DNA of 64,000 nucleotides from Takakia lepidozioides (lineage: Eukaryota > Plantae > Bryophyta). The position numbers and the translations under genes were made by a program. Below the pieces are notes generated by a model. It saw only the letters and a list, made by a program, of their open reading frames with translations. It searched no databases and was not told the origin of the DNA. Below, in pieces: positions 40,794-52,752 of this stretch. The stretch is taken from the NCBI GenBank assembly GCA_030704615.1, contig CM060732.1:67704001-67768000 (forward strand), read 5' to 3'. Every line of letters starts with the position of its first letter. Position 1 is the stretch's first letter.

Positions 40794-43700
40794 GTTATCT
40801 CCCTGTCCTCTAGGAAGCCTATTGACATTGGGTGGACTTGAAACGGGAGTACATTAATGTCTCTGTGACTAAATGCCGGCCTTGTGACCTCGTGTCCTTG
40901 TTTGTTTCGACCTGAAGCAAAGCAGGTAGTGCATTGGATTTAGTTGGAAAGCTTGGGGCCTTTCCCTCTTTAGAATATGCCTACACGGGCCATTCCCTGC
41001 AACTCCCTGGAGTGTGATCTCTGAATGGTAACAAGCGGACTCCTACCGCTTGGGGGCAGCCCCTCCACCCAAATTGGGCAGTCGTATGCTCTGTCTAGCA
41101 TACTCGGCACTTGGGCTCGGGTTGGTTCCTGTGCTTAAATTATGGCCTGCGAAAACAATCAAAAATTTAGCTCCTATCAACATCAACACTCCTCAGGGTG
41201 ATCCCTGGGAATTGGTTACTTATGCCAAATCTAGGGCTTCATGTGTAGTTTTTGGGGTGAATCCCAGGATGGACGATGTGTCCTTTAAAACTACATGCTC
41301 TAGCTTAGGCTTGGATTTCATGGCTAATGGTACCATCTCGAGACTTGATAACAGGGGTACGTTGAAGGTTGCAATGACCAAAAGTGCTTCTAATAGAGTC
41401 CCGCATCAATTCAATCTCAAAATAAGTTCGTCCCTTGACTGGCTGGAGAGCGGTCTTAGACATTGGTGATTCAATGGGGCGCTCTAGGAAGACAACCAAG
41501 GGCAACAACTTCAACTTGAGAGTTTCTAATCGGTTTGATGCTCTGGATGAGGTTGAATCCAAACAGCCAGAAGGACAAGATGCCCCTAAGTGTACGGAAC
41601 CTGAACGTCCTGAATCTGAAGGATTTGGTACTCTGAATGGTTTACCAATCCTCAAGGTTTACACAAGACGAACAAATTCTATACACGGGGTAATTGTCCC
41701 CAAGCCGTCAGATGGACAATCTGTCCCTAAGTGTGCAGAGCCTGAACGTCGTGTAACTGAAGGATTTGGTACTCTAAGTGGTTTACCAATCCTCAAAGTC
41801 TACACAAGACGAGCAAAATCTATACACGGGGTAATTGTCCCCAAGCAGTCTGACGGACAATCTGCCCCTATGTAAAGATATCAATCTGCCCTGATGAACT
41901 GGAGTATATTTCAATGGCTTATAATGCTCCCATTAGTTCTTCTGAGATTGTGGAAGCAATTGAACATTTAAATGGATATAAAGCTGGTGGACCTGATGGT
42001 ATTGTCAACGAGCTTATCAAGCACGGTGGCGATCCCATGATAGAGACCCTAGTTCTCCTCTTTAACCTTATCTGGAAGACTGAAATGATGCCCTTTCGCT
42101 GGCGACAGGGGGTCATTGTCAATCTATACAAGAAGGGTGACAGAGAAGAACCGGGGAACTACCGTGGCATCACGCTCCTCAATGCTGTTGGCAAGACATT
42201 CTGCAGAGTTATAAGTACTCGTCTCAAGGTTGATCTGGAGTCTAGAGGTTGTTTCCACGAAGGCCAAGCTGGCTTTCGGCGAAACAGGGGCTGTGTGGAT
42301 CATATCTTCACTCTAAGCCAGATTATCCAGGGAAGGAAAAAAGAAGGGAAACCCACTTATGTCTTTTTCCTGGATGTCAAAATGGCTTATGACACAGTGT
42401 GGAGAGATGGCCTATGGTTCCGCCTCTGGTCTTGTGGGATCAAGGGAAAGTGGAGAGTTGTCCACAACTTGTATGCTCACACCAAAAGCTGTGTCACTGT
42501 TAACGGACAGAAGTCCAACTTCTTTGACATAGACCAAGGTGTAGCTCAAGGATGTACTCTCTCCCCTCTGCTCTTCAATGTTTTCATCAATCAACTCCTC
42601 GAGGATGTGGAAAGTGAGGGATTTGGGTTAAGGGTGGGTGATACCACCATACCAGCCCTTATGTTTGCGGATGACTTCGCAGGCATAGGGGAGACTCCAA
42701 CCAATCTCCAGGAGTTGATTGATTGCGCGAAGAGATACTTTGATCTTTGGGGGCTAGAGGCTAATGTCAGCAAATGAGCAGTGGTAGCATTCAACGACAG
42801 AGGAGAGGGAGGAAGTGATCTTAAGTGGCAGTGGGGTAGCCAAGAGATCCCGGTCCTCCCTTCCTACACTTACCTGGGCGTTGAGTTCTCCTCCAAATGA
42901 ATTGGGATGCACATATCCGGAAAGTTGTTCAAACTGGCAAGGGCAAAGCTCTGGGGCTCACTAAATTTTTCCACTGCAGAGGGGTCAACTCTGAGGTTAA
43001 GAAAACCATGCTTTGTCGCATTATTAGACCTGCCTTGGAGTACGGATCTGCTATATGGGTTGATAACTCCAACCAGGCTAAGTCTCTAGAATCCATTCAA
43101 GTGGGGGTGCTTAAGGAGTGTATGTCAGCATGCTCCAAAACAGCCAATGTGGCTGTTCGGGGTGAGTTTGGCATTCCGTCCTTAAGCTCCCGACGAGATG
43201 AATTCAAGGTCAGATGGTGGGGTCAGCTGCAACATATGCCCAACACCAGATATCCTAAGTTAATCGACTCTATATCTTGGAAACAGGACCGCCCTGTCAA
43301 ACAGGCTAAGTCCTGGCAGAAGAGAGTACAAGAGATCCTCAAGGACCTGGACCTGGATCCGCAAGTCTTGACCCTGCTGGATAAATCTGACTTAGAGGCT
43401 GTAGTATCCGCAGCCATGTCTGTTGCCATGAGATTGTCTGATGAAAATGAAGTTAGGCAGAAAACTTCCCTGAACTTGTTTCCAGTCTGTGACATGGGGG
43501 AGGACATCTTGGATGACCTCAAGGGTCTACCCACTCTCGGCACTAGACTGAAATTTAAACTCAGGGCAGGAAGCCTACCTTTGAACAGCAAACAGAAGCA
43601 GAGAGGAAAGGGAGAGTGCAATTGCCCGTTGTGTGGGCAATCTGAAGACAGTATTCATTTTCTGATACACTGTCCGGGGTTCTCTCACCAAAGAGACGCT

Positions 43701-45987
43701 CTCTTCAAATCTATTAAGGGAATTGTGCCTGTACCCCTGTTTACCAACTTTGAAAGTCTCGAGGCTGAGCCAAAAGCCCAGGCCCTCCTGAGGCCTAGTT
43801 TTTGGGCAAATCACACACAGCAGATTGATGCTTGTGTGAAGGGATTTCTAGAGGATATCTGGAAAACCCGGATTAATTCTTTATATGGAGGTAAGTCTTA
43901 CTACCAACGTCAGCCCCTGACAGAGGTAGGTTCTGTCCCTTTTGTTCCCGCTCAAACTGGGCGCAGGGTCAATGGCCACAAGGCTACGGCAAACAACGTC
44001 TTATGAGTACAATCTCTCTCTGCATTCATCGCATAATCTGCTGGGCTTTTGGGGCGTTCTGACATCTCCCTCTCTCTCCGCAAGGCGGCCTCCATCCGCC
44101 TTCAGGCCACATGCAAACAGATACATATGCGCCACCCCCCGACCAAAAAGTGGCTATTTGACAGCGTTGTCACCCCAGCCGCCACTTATGGCTGTGAGTT
44201 CTGGGCACCTGGTGTCCCAGTTTCCTGGTGGGAAAAGAATCTGGAACAGTCATCTTTTCTCGAAGCAATGCTTGGCGCCAGAGGCATAACTCCATCTATT
44301 AGGTGCAGAGTTTGCATGTGTACCACTTCAAACCGAGGCCCTCTTCTGGCTTATATAATAGGTTACAAGCCCTTCCACCCAAGGGGCTCGTGGCAAGAGC
44401 ACTCGCAACATCTATTAGGCTCAAAACTGTAGGGTTCAAGAACTCCTGGTATGCTGGTGTGGACAGTTTTTTGGAGCACGACTCTCTATTGCTTCACTAA
44501 TGCCAGAGAATCCAGAAGGGGTGGAAATGACATCCAAACTGGATCGCAACAGACTCATTAGAAGGGAGCTTATGGAACTGCATGTCAGGAGAACCTGGAA
44601 GCTACCCAATCTCACAACAAAGCTCCATTTCTTTCGAGAGACATTCTTGGTTCTCCGAAATATAGAATCTTGCGGCCCAATTACCTTTCGGCACCTTTAT
44701 CTCCTTCCCTCCTGAGAGCATTGGGGCGGTTCAGGGTGGGCTCCCACAATCTACGAATAGAGACTGGAAGATGGGAAAATCTGCATCGGGAGGACTGCCT
44801 GTGCCCAGCTTGCACAGGGCAAATTGAAACTGAAGAACACTTCTTCTTTTATTGCCCTCTATATTAGAGATCTGTGGGAGATTCCACTGTCTATTCCGCG
44901 GAACTCAATCTCTCACTGAAGTATTCCACTCTGAGGATCAGAAATGCTTGGCAGCTTACCTGCACGAGGCCTTCACCCTTAGACAATCCCTCGAGCAGTA
45001 GTTCTTTTTTGGCTCTGGTTTTGTTTCCTCTCTCATGATTTTTTCCATTTTGTCCCACAAGCTCTTTGAGCTTTCCGCGGACGCTATAAAGTACCATTTC
45101 ATTTCTCTGGAAGCACTGTCTTAGTGTAAAAGATTCGGATTTAATTTGTCCCATGGGCCTTCGCGGTCTCCTGTGGACGTTATTACGATTCATTCTTCCT
45201 TTCTTTCTCCATTTCTCTCAAGAGATTGTGCATTGCACAAGCCAGGAAAGACCACCACTGTTCTCTTGCTGCAACCAATTTATGTAGCAGAAGAATTCAT
45301 GATATAAGTAGGAGACCGAACGAGGAGCGGGAAAGAAATTCATACAAGTGTCGTTTTTCCTGCATCAGGATGAGATATAATTGCGAAATTTCGCCGTCTC
45401 CCGACCTCTCTCATAAGCGCAGCGGGTGACATCGGTCCATCTTCCCTGTCTTCCTCTTTCAATTCATCAGCTAAGGCACTTCCATTTTCTCCCTCCCCTA
45501 TTGGAACCCCGCCTGCATCATGCCTGTAATCCAAACCAGCGCTCCCATTTGTACCCACGCCATGGGATGACTCCCCTTGAATTCCACCTCCAGGATCCCC
45601 TCTTGATATACCCACCTGTTCATCCTGAGATCTCTCAACGTCAACCAATCCCACACCACCATCTCTGGTTGCTAAAACCTCATCAACTAATTCTGCGAGC
45701 TCCGAAGGCTCTGCCAACACCCTCGTCTTCCCCACACTTCTTCCCCGAGGTTGAGAATTCCAGTGCGCTCCTTCAAACGTGTTAAATTCGCACCCAACCG
45801 TGCTCTGGCCAGCTAAAACCCGTAAGACATTCAACTGGTTCCCTCGTCTTCTACCCAAGGCCAGGTATGCCCCTGCATGAAAGTCCAAAGGAACCGTCTT
45901 TGAGCTCAGGGACTGGGGCAATGCAGATGCACAAGGAGGAGAAGCAAGAGAAGAAGACGAGGGAGCGGTGACGGAGAGCAGCGCCAT
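33571..45987 (-). CDS. prfC: Plastid-targeted peptide chain release factor 3 (RF3 GTPase), 15 exons: 45346..45987, 39931..40042, 39283..39385, 38843..38924, 38521..38669, 37744..37897, 37425..37532, 36888..37001, 36667..36727, 36379..36501, 36024..36211, 35692..35760, 35000..35146, 34591..34644, 33571..33642
   Basis: [96 protein letters not shown] and [11 protein letters not shown]. Ser/Ala-rich transit-peptide-like N-terminus. Splice phases are consistent. Confidence 0.93.
34017..34545 (-). mobile_element. 5'-truncated LINE-A copy in RF3 intron 14 with a 13-bp TSD
   Basis: Near-identical to 43484-44011 (reverse). TSD GAAAGCAACAAAG at 34004-34016 and 34546-34558. Confidence 0.92.
38028..38160 (+). 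mobile_element. Degenerate LINE-B 3' fragment in an RF3 intron
   Basis: CAATCTCTCACAGGGTGTTCAATTACGAGGATCAGAAATGCTTAGCAACATATCTGCATGAGG...CAATCCCTTAAGCAATAG matches the LINE-B end. Confidence 0.65.
40738..40790. repeat. (CT)~27 microsatellite forming the expanded left TSD of LINE-A
   Basis: Perfect CT run ending in TGC, mirrored by TCTCTCTCTGC at 44013-44023. Confidence 0.9.
40794..44012 (+). mobile_element. LINE-A (RTEX/RTE-like non-LTR retrotransposon), internally deleted and inactive, in RF3 intron 1
   Basis: RT domain 41914-42900 ([13 protein letters not shown]...[41 protein letters not shown]) and a C-terminal CPLC...HFLIHC finger. Stop at 42775 and frameshift near 42897. ORF1-like region with an SNRFDAL motif. 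No endonuclease domain seen. TSD TCTCTCTCTGC. Confidence 0.92.
41573..41870 (+). repeat. 141-bp (47-aa) tandem repeat x2 in the LINE-A ORF1-like region
   Basis: GGACAA unit starts at 41573, 41714 and 41855. PKCxEPER..[18 protein letters not shown]..SIHGVIVPK is repeated. Confidence 0.9.
44040..45105 (+). mobile_element. 5'-truncated, frameshifted LINE-B (RTEX-like)
   Basis: [20 protein letters not shown], then [18 protein letters not shown]...CPAC...[11 protein letters not shown], a 3' UTR and a CATTTCATTTC tail. Confidence 0.88.
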
Positions 45988-48180
45988 AGCTGTCGCTGGA
46001 AACCAACTTGGGATACGGAGGAGAGAACACACGCCCTACGTTCCGAGAGCACCACTAGAAATTACCGTCAGGCAGTTAGTTCACGTTACACAGCATGCTG
46101 TATGCATCAGTACCACCCTATCTACTTTTCAAAGGAGAGAGAAGACGGTTCTGTCTGTGCAATTGCAATTAACGGAATTTCAGTTGAATTCTTTTTTCTT
46201 TCTTTCTTTTTTGGAACAGGGGTAATAGAGCCTTGATTGATTTTATTCAAAAATTATTTTGGGGAAAAAATTAAAACCCCCATTAAACCACACACACACA
46301 CCGTGATCAGTGTAGTAGGAGCCATGCATCCTCCCAAAGGTGGATTTTCAAGGAACTAAATAAAGGGATAGATCCGAGAACGAAGATCCCGATGGATTTT
46401 TATTTTTTTTGGTTTTTTAAATAAACGGGATGGAAGCCCTTTTAATCAAATTAACTGAAAAGTAGTCACAATGGTGGAAAAATAACCACCGAAGAAGCCG
46501 TGAAGGCTCACTGAGGGGAAACTTCCCTGTGACCCTTAGCCATCCAGCTAAACAAAGGATAAAGGAGAGAGAGCATAGGGGGTAACAAGAGCAAAGAGGA
46601 GGTGTAATTGCTAAGGATCTGCTATGTTAGAAGTGTAATAGAGTTGCTAAGTAAGATCTACAAGACATGCAAATCATATCAAAAAACGCAATGTTACTTT
46701 GATGGAGATTAGTTGCAAGAGAACTATGGTCCAGGAGGTATTTAGGGCAATACCATACTAGCGGCAAGAGGGGCAGCAGCACACAATTTCAGACCCTCAT
46801 ATTGGTTTAAGAGAGGGCAGTGTGCGCTCTCCCTACCACACTAGCAGCGGCTGCCAGCGGAGAGGCTCCGACCCAGCGCCTACATGTCACATTACAGATT
46901 TTCAGGCAGTCTCTCTTGGAAACACTGGAAATCCACAATTTTAGGAAGACACTTTGTCGTGATGCGATTCTCCAGCCGTCACGAAGCTGGTCTCTCCGAC
47001 CTCATCACTTCGTAGTCACATATATAGTCATGGTTACCAAGGTTTATATCACCCGTAGTCATAAAAACGTTAATCTGTAGTAGTGCCTGTCTACTACTTC
47101 GTGCCCATGCCGGATGAGCTCCTGGGGATGCGCAATGGCGGCGTCTTGTCCCTTCTCACAGGCGGGAGACCCCATTGTGATGGCATCGTCTCTTTCCCTC
47201 CTCTGGCTTTTATGTTTCGCAGCGGCACTTGTGTGGGGAAGTATATATCTCTCTCTCCCTTCTTAAACCTAGCATTTGTATGCTTTGCTTCTCCTTAGCT
47301 GTGCTGGAGATGGCTTGCTGGCGGCGATGGCGCACAATTACCTTCCCCAATCGCTCAAGGTGCTTTTGGTGTTTAGGGTTCCTTTTACTTCATGTTTTTC
47401 TCTCATGTTTTTGAGGTTCTTAGTTGACATCGATGACAAGTGTAGGGGTCTGTGATTCACCTGGGGTTCCACAATCCTCACTAACCCATTGGTTTTTGTG
47501 GGGGCTTGTGATGGGACCAGGTGAGGATTCCTACCTGCTTTGAATTCTCTTGAGCTTGCAGATGAGGATGTGTGCAAAAAGAACATATTGCTGCTGCCTG
47601 CAGCCCCGATTTCGGCCCGCTTGCTCCCAGTTTGACATGATGATGCTTGCTTTTGACTTATCTTTTGCTGCCATTGATGGAGCATTTCTGCCTGGCAGCC
47701 CTGTCTCTTGCAATACAACATGTGAATCTTACCCTGTCTTGAATCTTTGACAGCTTTGCCTGTGGATTTTTAGACACGGTACATTTTTGGCCTTAAAATA
47801 GGATTGATGGTGTAAGGGTAAAGGCATCAGTGGCTGTTAGGCTCTAAGGAAGAGGAGGCCTGGTTTTTTTAAAGAAGACAGCCTGATGCATATCTTATGG
47901 ATAACTATGGATGATATAATCTGAGGCTGCAATCTGACTTATATTGTGCAAGAGGGTCACTTGGGTACATGACAAGAATCTGATTATGAATATACCCCGC
48001 CCTCCCACCCTGTTTTATCATGACTGAACGGGTGTCGTCACTTGGTGTGCTATGACAAGACTGGAAGTGTTAGATGGTGCCCTGTCATGGGCTGGTTATG
48101 TCTTTAATTGACATTGACCCTAGTAGGGTCTTGTCCATGTCTTGACATGACATGAATATCTTCCCTCTCCCTCTCTCTTT

Positions 48181-48858
48181 TTAAATTTTTCTGCAGAGGG
48201 GTCAACTCTGAGGTTAAGAAAACCATGCTTTGTCACATTATTAGACCTGCCTTGGAGTACGGATCTGCAATATGGGTTGATAAATCTGACTTAGAGGCTG
48301 TAGTGTCCAAAGCCATGTCTGCTGCCATGAGATTGTCTGATGAAAATGAAGTTAGGCAGAAAACTTCCCTAAACTTGTTTCCAGTCAGTGACATGGGGGA
48401 GGACATTTTGGATGACCTCAAGGGTCTACCCACTCTCGGCACTAGACTGAAATTTAAACTCAGGGCAGGAAGCCTACCTCTGAACAGCAAACAGAAGCAG
48501 AGAGGAAAGGGAGAGTGCAATTGCCCGTTGTGTGGGCAATCTGAAGACAGTACTCATTTTCTGATACACTGTCCGGGGTTCTCTCACCAAAGAGACGCTC
48601 TCTTCAAATCTATCAAGGGAATTGTGCCTATACCTCTATTTACCAACTTTGAAAGTCTCAAGGCAGAGCCAAAAGCCAAGGCCCTCCTGAGGCCTAGTTA
48701 TTGGACAAATCACACACAGTAGATTGATGCTTGTGTGAAGGGATTTCTAGAGGATATCTGGAAAACCCGGATTAATTCTATATATGAAGGTAAGTCTTAC
48801 TACCAACGTCAGCCCTTGACAGAGGCAGGTTCTGTCCCTTTTGTTTCCGCTCAGACTC
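48181..48858 (+). mobile_element. LINE-A fragment with an internal deletion and 3' truncation
   Basis: Matches 42962-43958 except for a ~320-bp deletion joined at GATAA microhomology (ATGGGTTGATAA|ATCTGACTTA). Confidence 0.88.
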
Positions 48859-49046
48859 GGTATTTTAGTGAAGAAATATTTCACTAGGGAAAAATTTGTA
48901 TTTTGGATGAAAAACATCCAAAATTCCCTGCAACCCAATTTTTCAAATTTTTTCAATTTCCTCAAAGATGGAAGTCAACAATTCCATAAGCCCAGTTTCC
49001 AGAGGGAGAGAGAGGGAGAGAGAGAGGGAATCCCACCATCCAACCC

Positions 49047-49117
49047 CTAGTATTGGCAGGCCCTTACGGAGTGAGTGTGGTATGCACTCACCCCGTAAGG
49101 GAGTGCATACCAGACTC
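49047..49117 (-). other. Two overlapping 17-bp hairpins 10 nt from a CTAG; Helitron-like 3' terminus
   Basis: Stem 1 pairs 49061-49077 with 49085-49101. Stem 2 pairs 49073-49089 with 49101-49117. Each has one mismatch. On the minus strand the order is hairpin, CCTGCCAATA, CTAG. Confidence 0.5.
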
Positions 49118-49429
49118 CTCTCCAAAAGGGTACACTCTCCCTGCTCTTATGCCAATCCTTCGGAAGATGTCCTGTAAAGGATTATCAGGCTACCCTTAGT
49201 CACGCTGGGTATCCGAAACAAGTATATTAACCTTAATGGTGTGATTGGGGTATGTATTGAGCATAGACCCCGAAATAAACTAGTTCATTCAAGGTGTTAC
49301 AGGTGTAAGAAACCAGCTCCTTTATGCATGGTTTTCTTTCTTTTTGTTCCATCAAAAGTCAACAAATCTGCATACATAAGGGAAAGGACATACCATTTTT
49401 AGGTTGTCAATGATCATTCCTAGGCATCA

Positions 49430-51538
49430 AAGTTCTTCTTTTGGATTGGGGAGAATTCTCCTGCCATCTGCTTGGATCGGTTCGACCCATGGCTCCCAAT
49501 GTCGATTGTGGAGCAGGAACTGGATCCAGAGCCTCCATTGGATGTTTTGGTTACGGACTTAGCATTCTCGGAGTTGGAGAAAGATTGTTGTTTCTGCCCA
49601 AACCTACCACCTCTTTAGTAGCCCCCACGTGCTCTGAAATTAGCACCCCTGCCCTTGTTGGGTCTCCCTGTTTGCTGGAAAGTGTTCCCTTCAATGCATT
49701 GCCGTTTATAGCTATTAAATGCAGGTTTGGGGAGGCTGTCGGAGAAGGATCCAGGTTTGATCAATCTCTCAATGAATCTAGCCCCTTTGGAGTCCGGTAA
49801 CTTATCAAGCAATTTTGCCTTGGAGTTATCGGCAAAAGTTTCTGCTGCTTCCAAAAGGAGCTCTCGGATCATTTGGAATGTTATCTGAGCCAGTATTGCA
49901 GATCTGGCAGCCCTCATCAGCCATACAATGAAGCTATAGTACTTGCTTTGTGCTGAGGGGTACGTTGCATCAGGAAACAAAGCCCCGAGATGGTTAATCA
50001 TGTACCAGACCAAATGATCGAACCAAGCCACACTTCCAACACATCCAGACGGAGCTGCACCAGGTCCACAATTACATCTTAGGTATGGCCTGTGCCAGTT
50101 CTAGAGTTGGCTTTTGTGATTCCGTGAACGGACAAATCCAGTAGGGGGATCATTTTTGGTCCTAAGAGTGATATTGTCCCCTTTGTCACATAGCTTATAA
50201 TAAAATGTTTTTAAGGGCCATGCAACTGCGATGGGCTCCTTTTTGAATCTCTGGAAACCATCTATAGCATCCTGATAACAACGTAGGTGTTCAGCATCAG
50301 TGATGTTACCCCACTTCATCCACATCTCGATGGAGATGGGTGCTAAGAGGTTGATGTTGGCTTGCGGGTGCCACATCATGTGCTCATTGTTGGCCACGTC
50401 GAGCTCAACGGAGCGAGGGGGCGTCCAAGGGACAAATTGCTGATTCCCCGGGGTAGCGCCTACTGCCCTGTCTTGTTCCACCTGTGACATTTCCACATGC
50501 TCATAGAAATCCTTCACCGCATCAATTTCATGTTCGGGGAGACACATGTGACTTAAAAGCGGGTGATTGGTGACGGAAGGGGTAAAATCCTGCTCAGCAT
50601 TGGAGGACAATTTCTGGGTAGAAGGGGCCTGTTCATCTTCAGGGTTAGCCAGACATAGTGCAGCCTCAATCTTTACTCCTTTAAGACCACATTCCGAGAG
50701 TTCTTTGGTATCCTCTTCAAGGATAGTAGGCATACGTTCATGATAGTCAATCAGCCTGATCATGTACTTGCCATTTTTATTTGCAGATAGGGACAACTTA
50801 ACCCAGTCCTCTAGGGCCAAAGTCTCAAGCAACAGGATTGGATTGTCATCACCTGAATCAATAGCTGCTGAGTCCAATGCTTGCACTTTAGCATGGAAGT
50901 CCATTGGCTTTGTTTGTGCCAACATAGCCTGAATAGCAGGGATTGGAGGGGGCAGCGGTGGCTGATATCCCATGGCCTGCAGCTCAGCAATCCATTCCGG
51001 AGTCTGTTTGGTGGAACTCTGCACATAAGCTACAACTGAAAATCAAAGTTCATGACTCAGCAAGGTAAATATAAAGGACTGCATACACATCATGTGACAG
51101 TATATGATACTGTAAGTACACCCTTCACATCATTCCACATTTGACCATGTCATTACACCATGTCCAGGGGGTATTTCCACTTGACCACCCTGGCTGCCTC
51201 AAAAACCAGCTACCATTTATATTACTGCCATATTTCAGTGTCAGCCGAATAGCCACATGCAGAAACTTCACCATACCCTGGCCTAAGCATCTAGCTAACA
51301 AAGCCATCTGGGTTGGAACATAACAGGGGTTTTTTACCAACAGAGGTAACCGAGTAGTTGCAGCAAACAGTTCTTTGCAACCTCTCAATTTGTTTCCAAC
51401 TACCATAAGGTAAGCAAAGCAAACTAGGGCTTGGAAAACAGATGTGTGTCTCTCACACAAGCCATCATAAACCAGGCTGTCACCACATAACAGAGGTTTT
51501 CCACTGGCTGGGCCAAAATAGCCCATCGTAGAAAGCAT
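49430..51538 (-). pseudogene. Disrupted, probably spliced ORF of an unclassified mobile element; possible SWIM-type zinc finger
   Basis: ORFs 50101..51024 and 49615..50031 are in one frame split by a single TAG. They contain RCNC-x13-FDHLVWYMINHLG and an RG-rich tail. Upstream ORF 51125..51538 and a TTTTCAG acceptor near 51036 suggest splicing. Confidence 0.5.
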
Positions 51539-51994
51539 TACACTTGTTCTTCAAAAATCAAGGAAGGAAAAAGGTAGGATCAAGAAAAACCATAGAGTAG
51601 TTTAGTTTTTCAACATTTTAAGATGAGTCCCTGGCAAATGATTCCTTCCCCTGATCTGCAATCCCACTTGACATCCAGCAGCACCTAGACATCAGAATAT
51701 TAAGTGAAAGCCCTCACCTGTACCCGTCCCAAGAACAACCACAACGCATTGTGAGTTAGTGAGGATGCACGAGGTGAGTAGCAGGCTTCCACACTTGCTA
51801 TCGAGGTCAAATACACTTCAATCTAAGCGCAGAGAATGCCAAAGAAAGCAGGGAAGCAAAACAAACAGAAAAAAAACCTTTTTTACTGTTTGGGGGAGAG
51901 TCGTCATCTCTCCACAAGCCTAACCGTGCAAGAAGGACTCTGCCAGCACCACAACACTGCTATCTTAACCAAAGCAAAGTCTTGCCAAGCACAA

Positions 51995-52101
51995 GGAAAA
52001 AAAGTGGGGTGGGGGGGGGGGGGGGGGGGTGACTGAGCCCATGGTGCTCAGCAGCTGGTGGTGGTGCTTAGTCACTCCCCCCCCCCCCCCCCACCTTTTT
52101 C
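51995..52101. repeat. Inverted repeat with G19/C16 homopolymer arms
   Basis: AAAAAAAGTGGGGT-G19-TGACTGAGC ... GCTTAGTCACT-C16-ACCTTTTT. Confidence 0.85.
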
Positions 52102-52248
52102 TTTTCTCTTTGTTGCCCCCTCTCGAGACCTCGATCACTTGCTGCTCTCAACCCCCGACATGCTTGGTTTTTTTTGTTTTTGATCTGGAATGTAGAGGTT
52201 GTTTCCTAATGAGGCCAACTTGTGGGTTTGCATGACAGGTGCCAGCTT

Positions 52249-52752
52249 ATGGGGAAAGAGAAGAAGTCCCCTGCCCCAAAGAAAGGGGCGGACAATCCGT
52301 TTGCTCTGCCAGCACGTGTGATGCGCCAGGGCGTCTCACGGTTAACCAGCCCCGTCGACAGTCGCAGCCGGAGGGCTCGTCTGCCCCCCGAGGCCAGTAC
52401 CCCCCCTCTTGTCCACATCTTGGATGCGCCAGGGGCCGGCTCAGCCAGCTCTCGTATTCGGGAGGTTGTTGCTGAGCCGGATGCTTAGTTGAGCACACCC
52501 CCGGCCACCAAGACGGGTGAAATGTACCTTAGCAAGCACATCACCCGTTCGGGGGCCTGGTATGGGCAACTTTTGGATGTCACCCCCATAGCGACCCCTT
52601 TATCCGCAGCAAAGGCTGCACTTGCCAAGGCCCAACGTCAGGTTCAAGGGCCTTTGAAAGCCTCCATTGCCAGCCCATTGTTGTCAATGAGAGAGGAGGA
52701 GACGAGGAGGGCCAATGAAGTGGCCAAGATAGCGAAGCACCTCAAAGAAGTG
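52249..52752 (+). pseudogene. 5' part of an unknown ORF truncated by the LTR insertion
   Basis: MGKEKKSPAPKK...AEPDA*LSTPP...KIAKHLKEV runs in one frame with one stop and ends exactly at the LTR terminus at 52753. Confidence 0.4.

Noticed and set aside
47135-47720. Possible spliced gene with a signal-peptide-like start, divergent from RF3
   Set aside because: Exon phases do not give a convincing product and no family motif was recognised.
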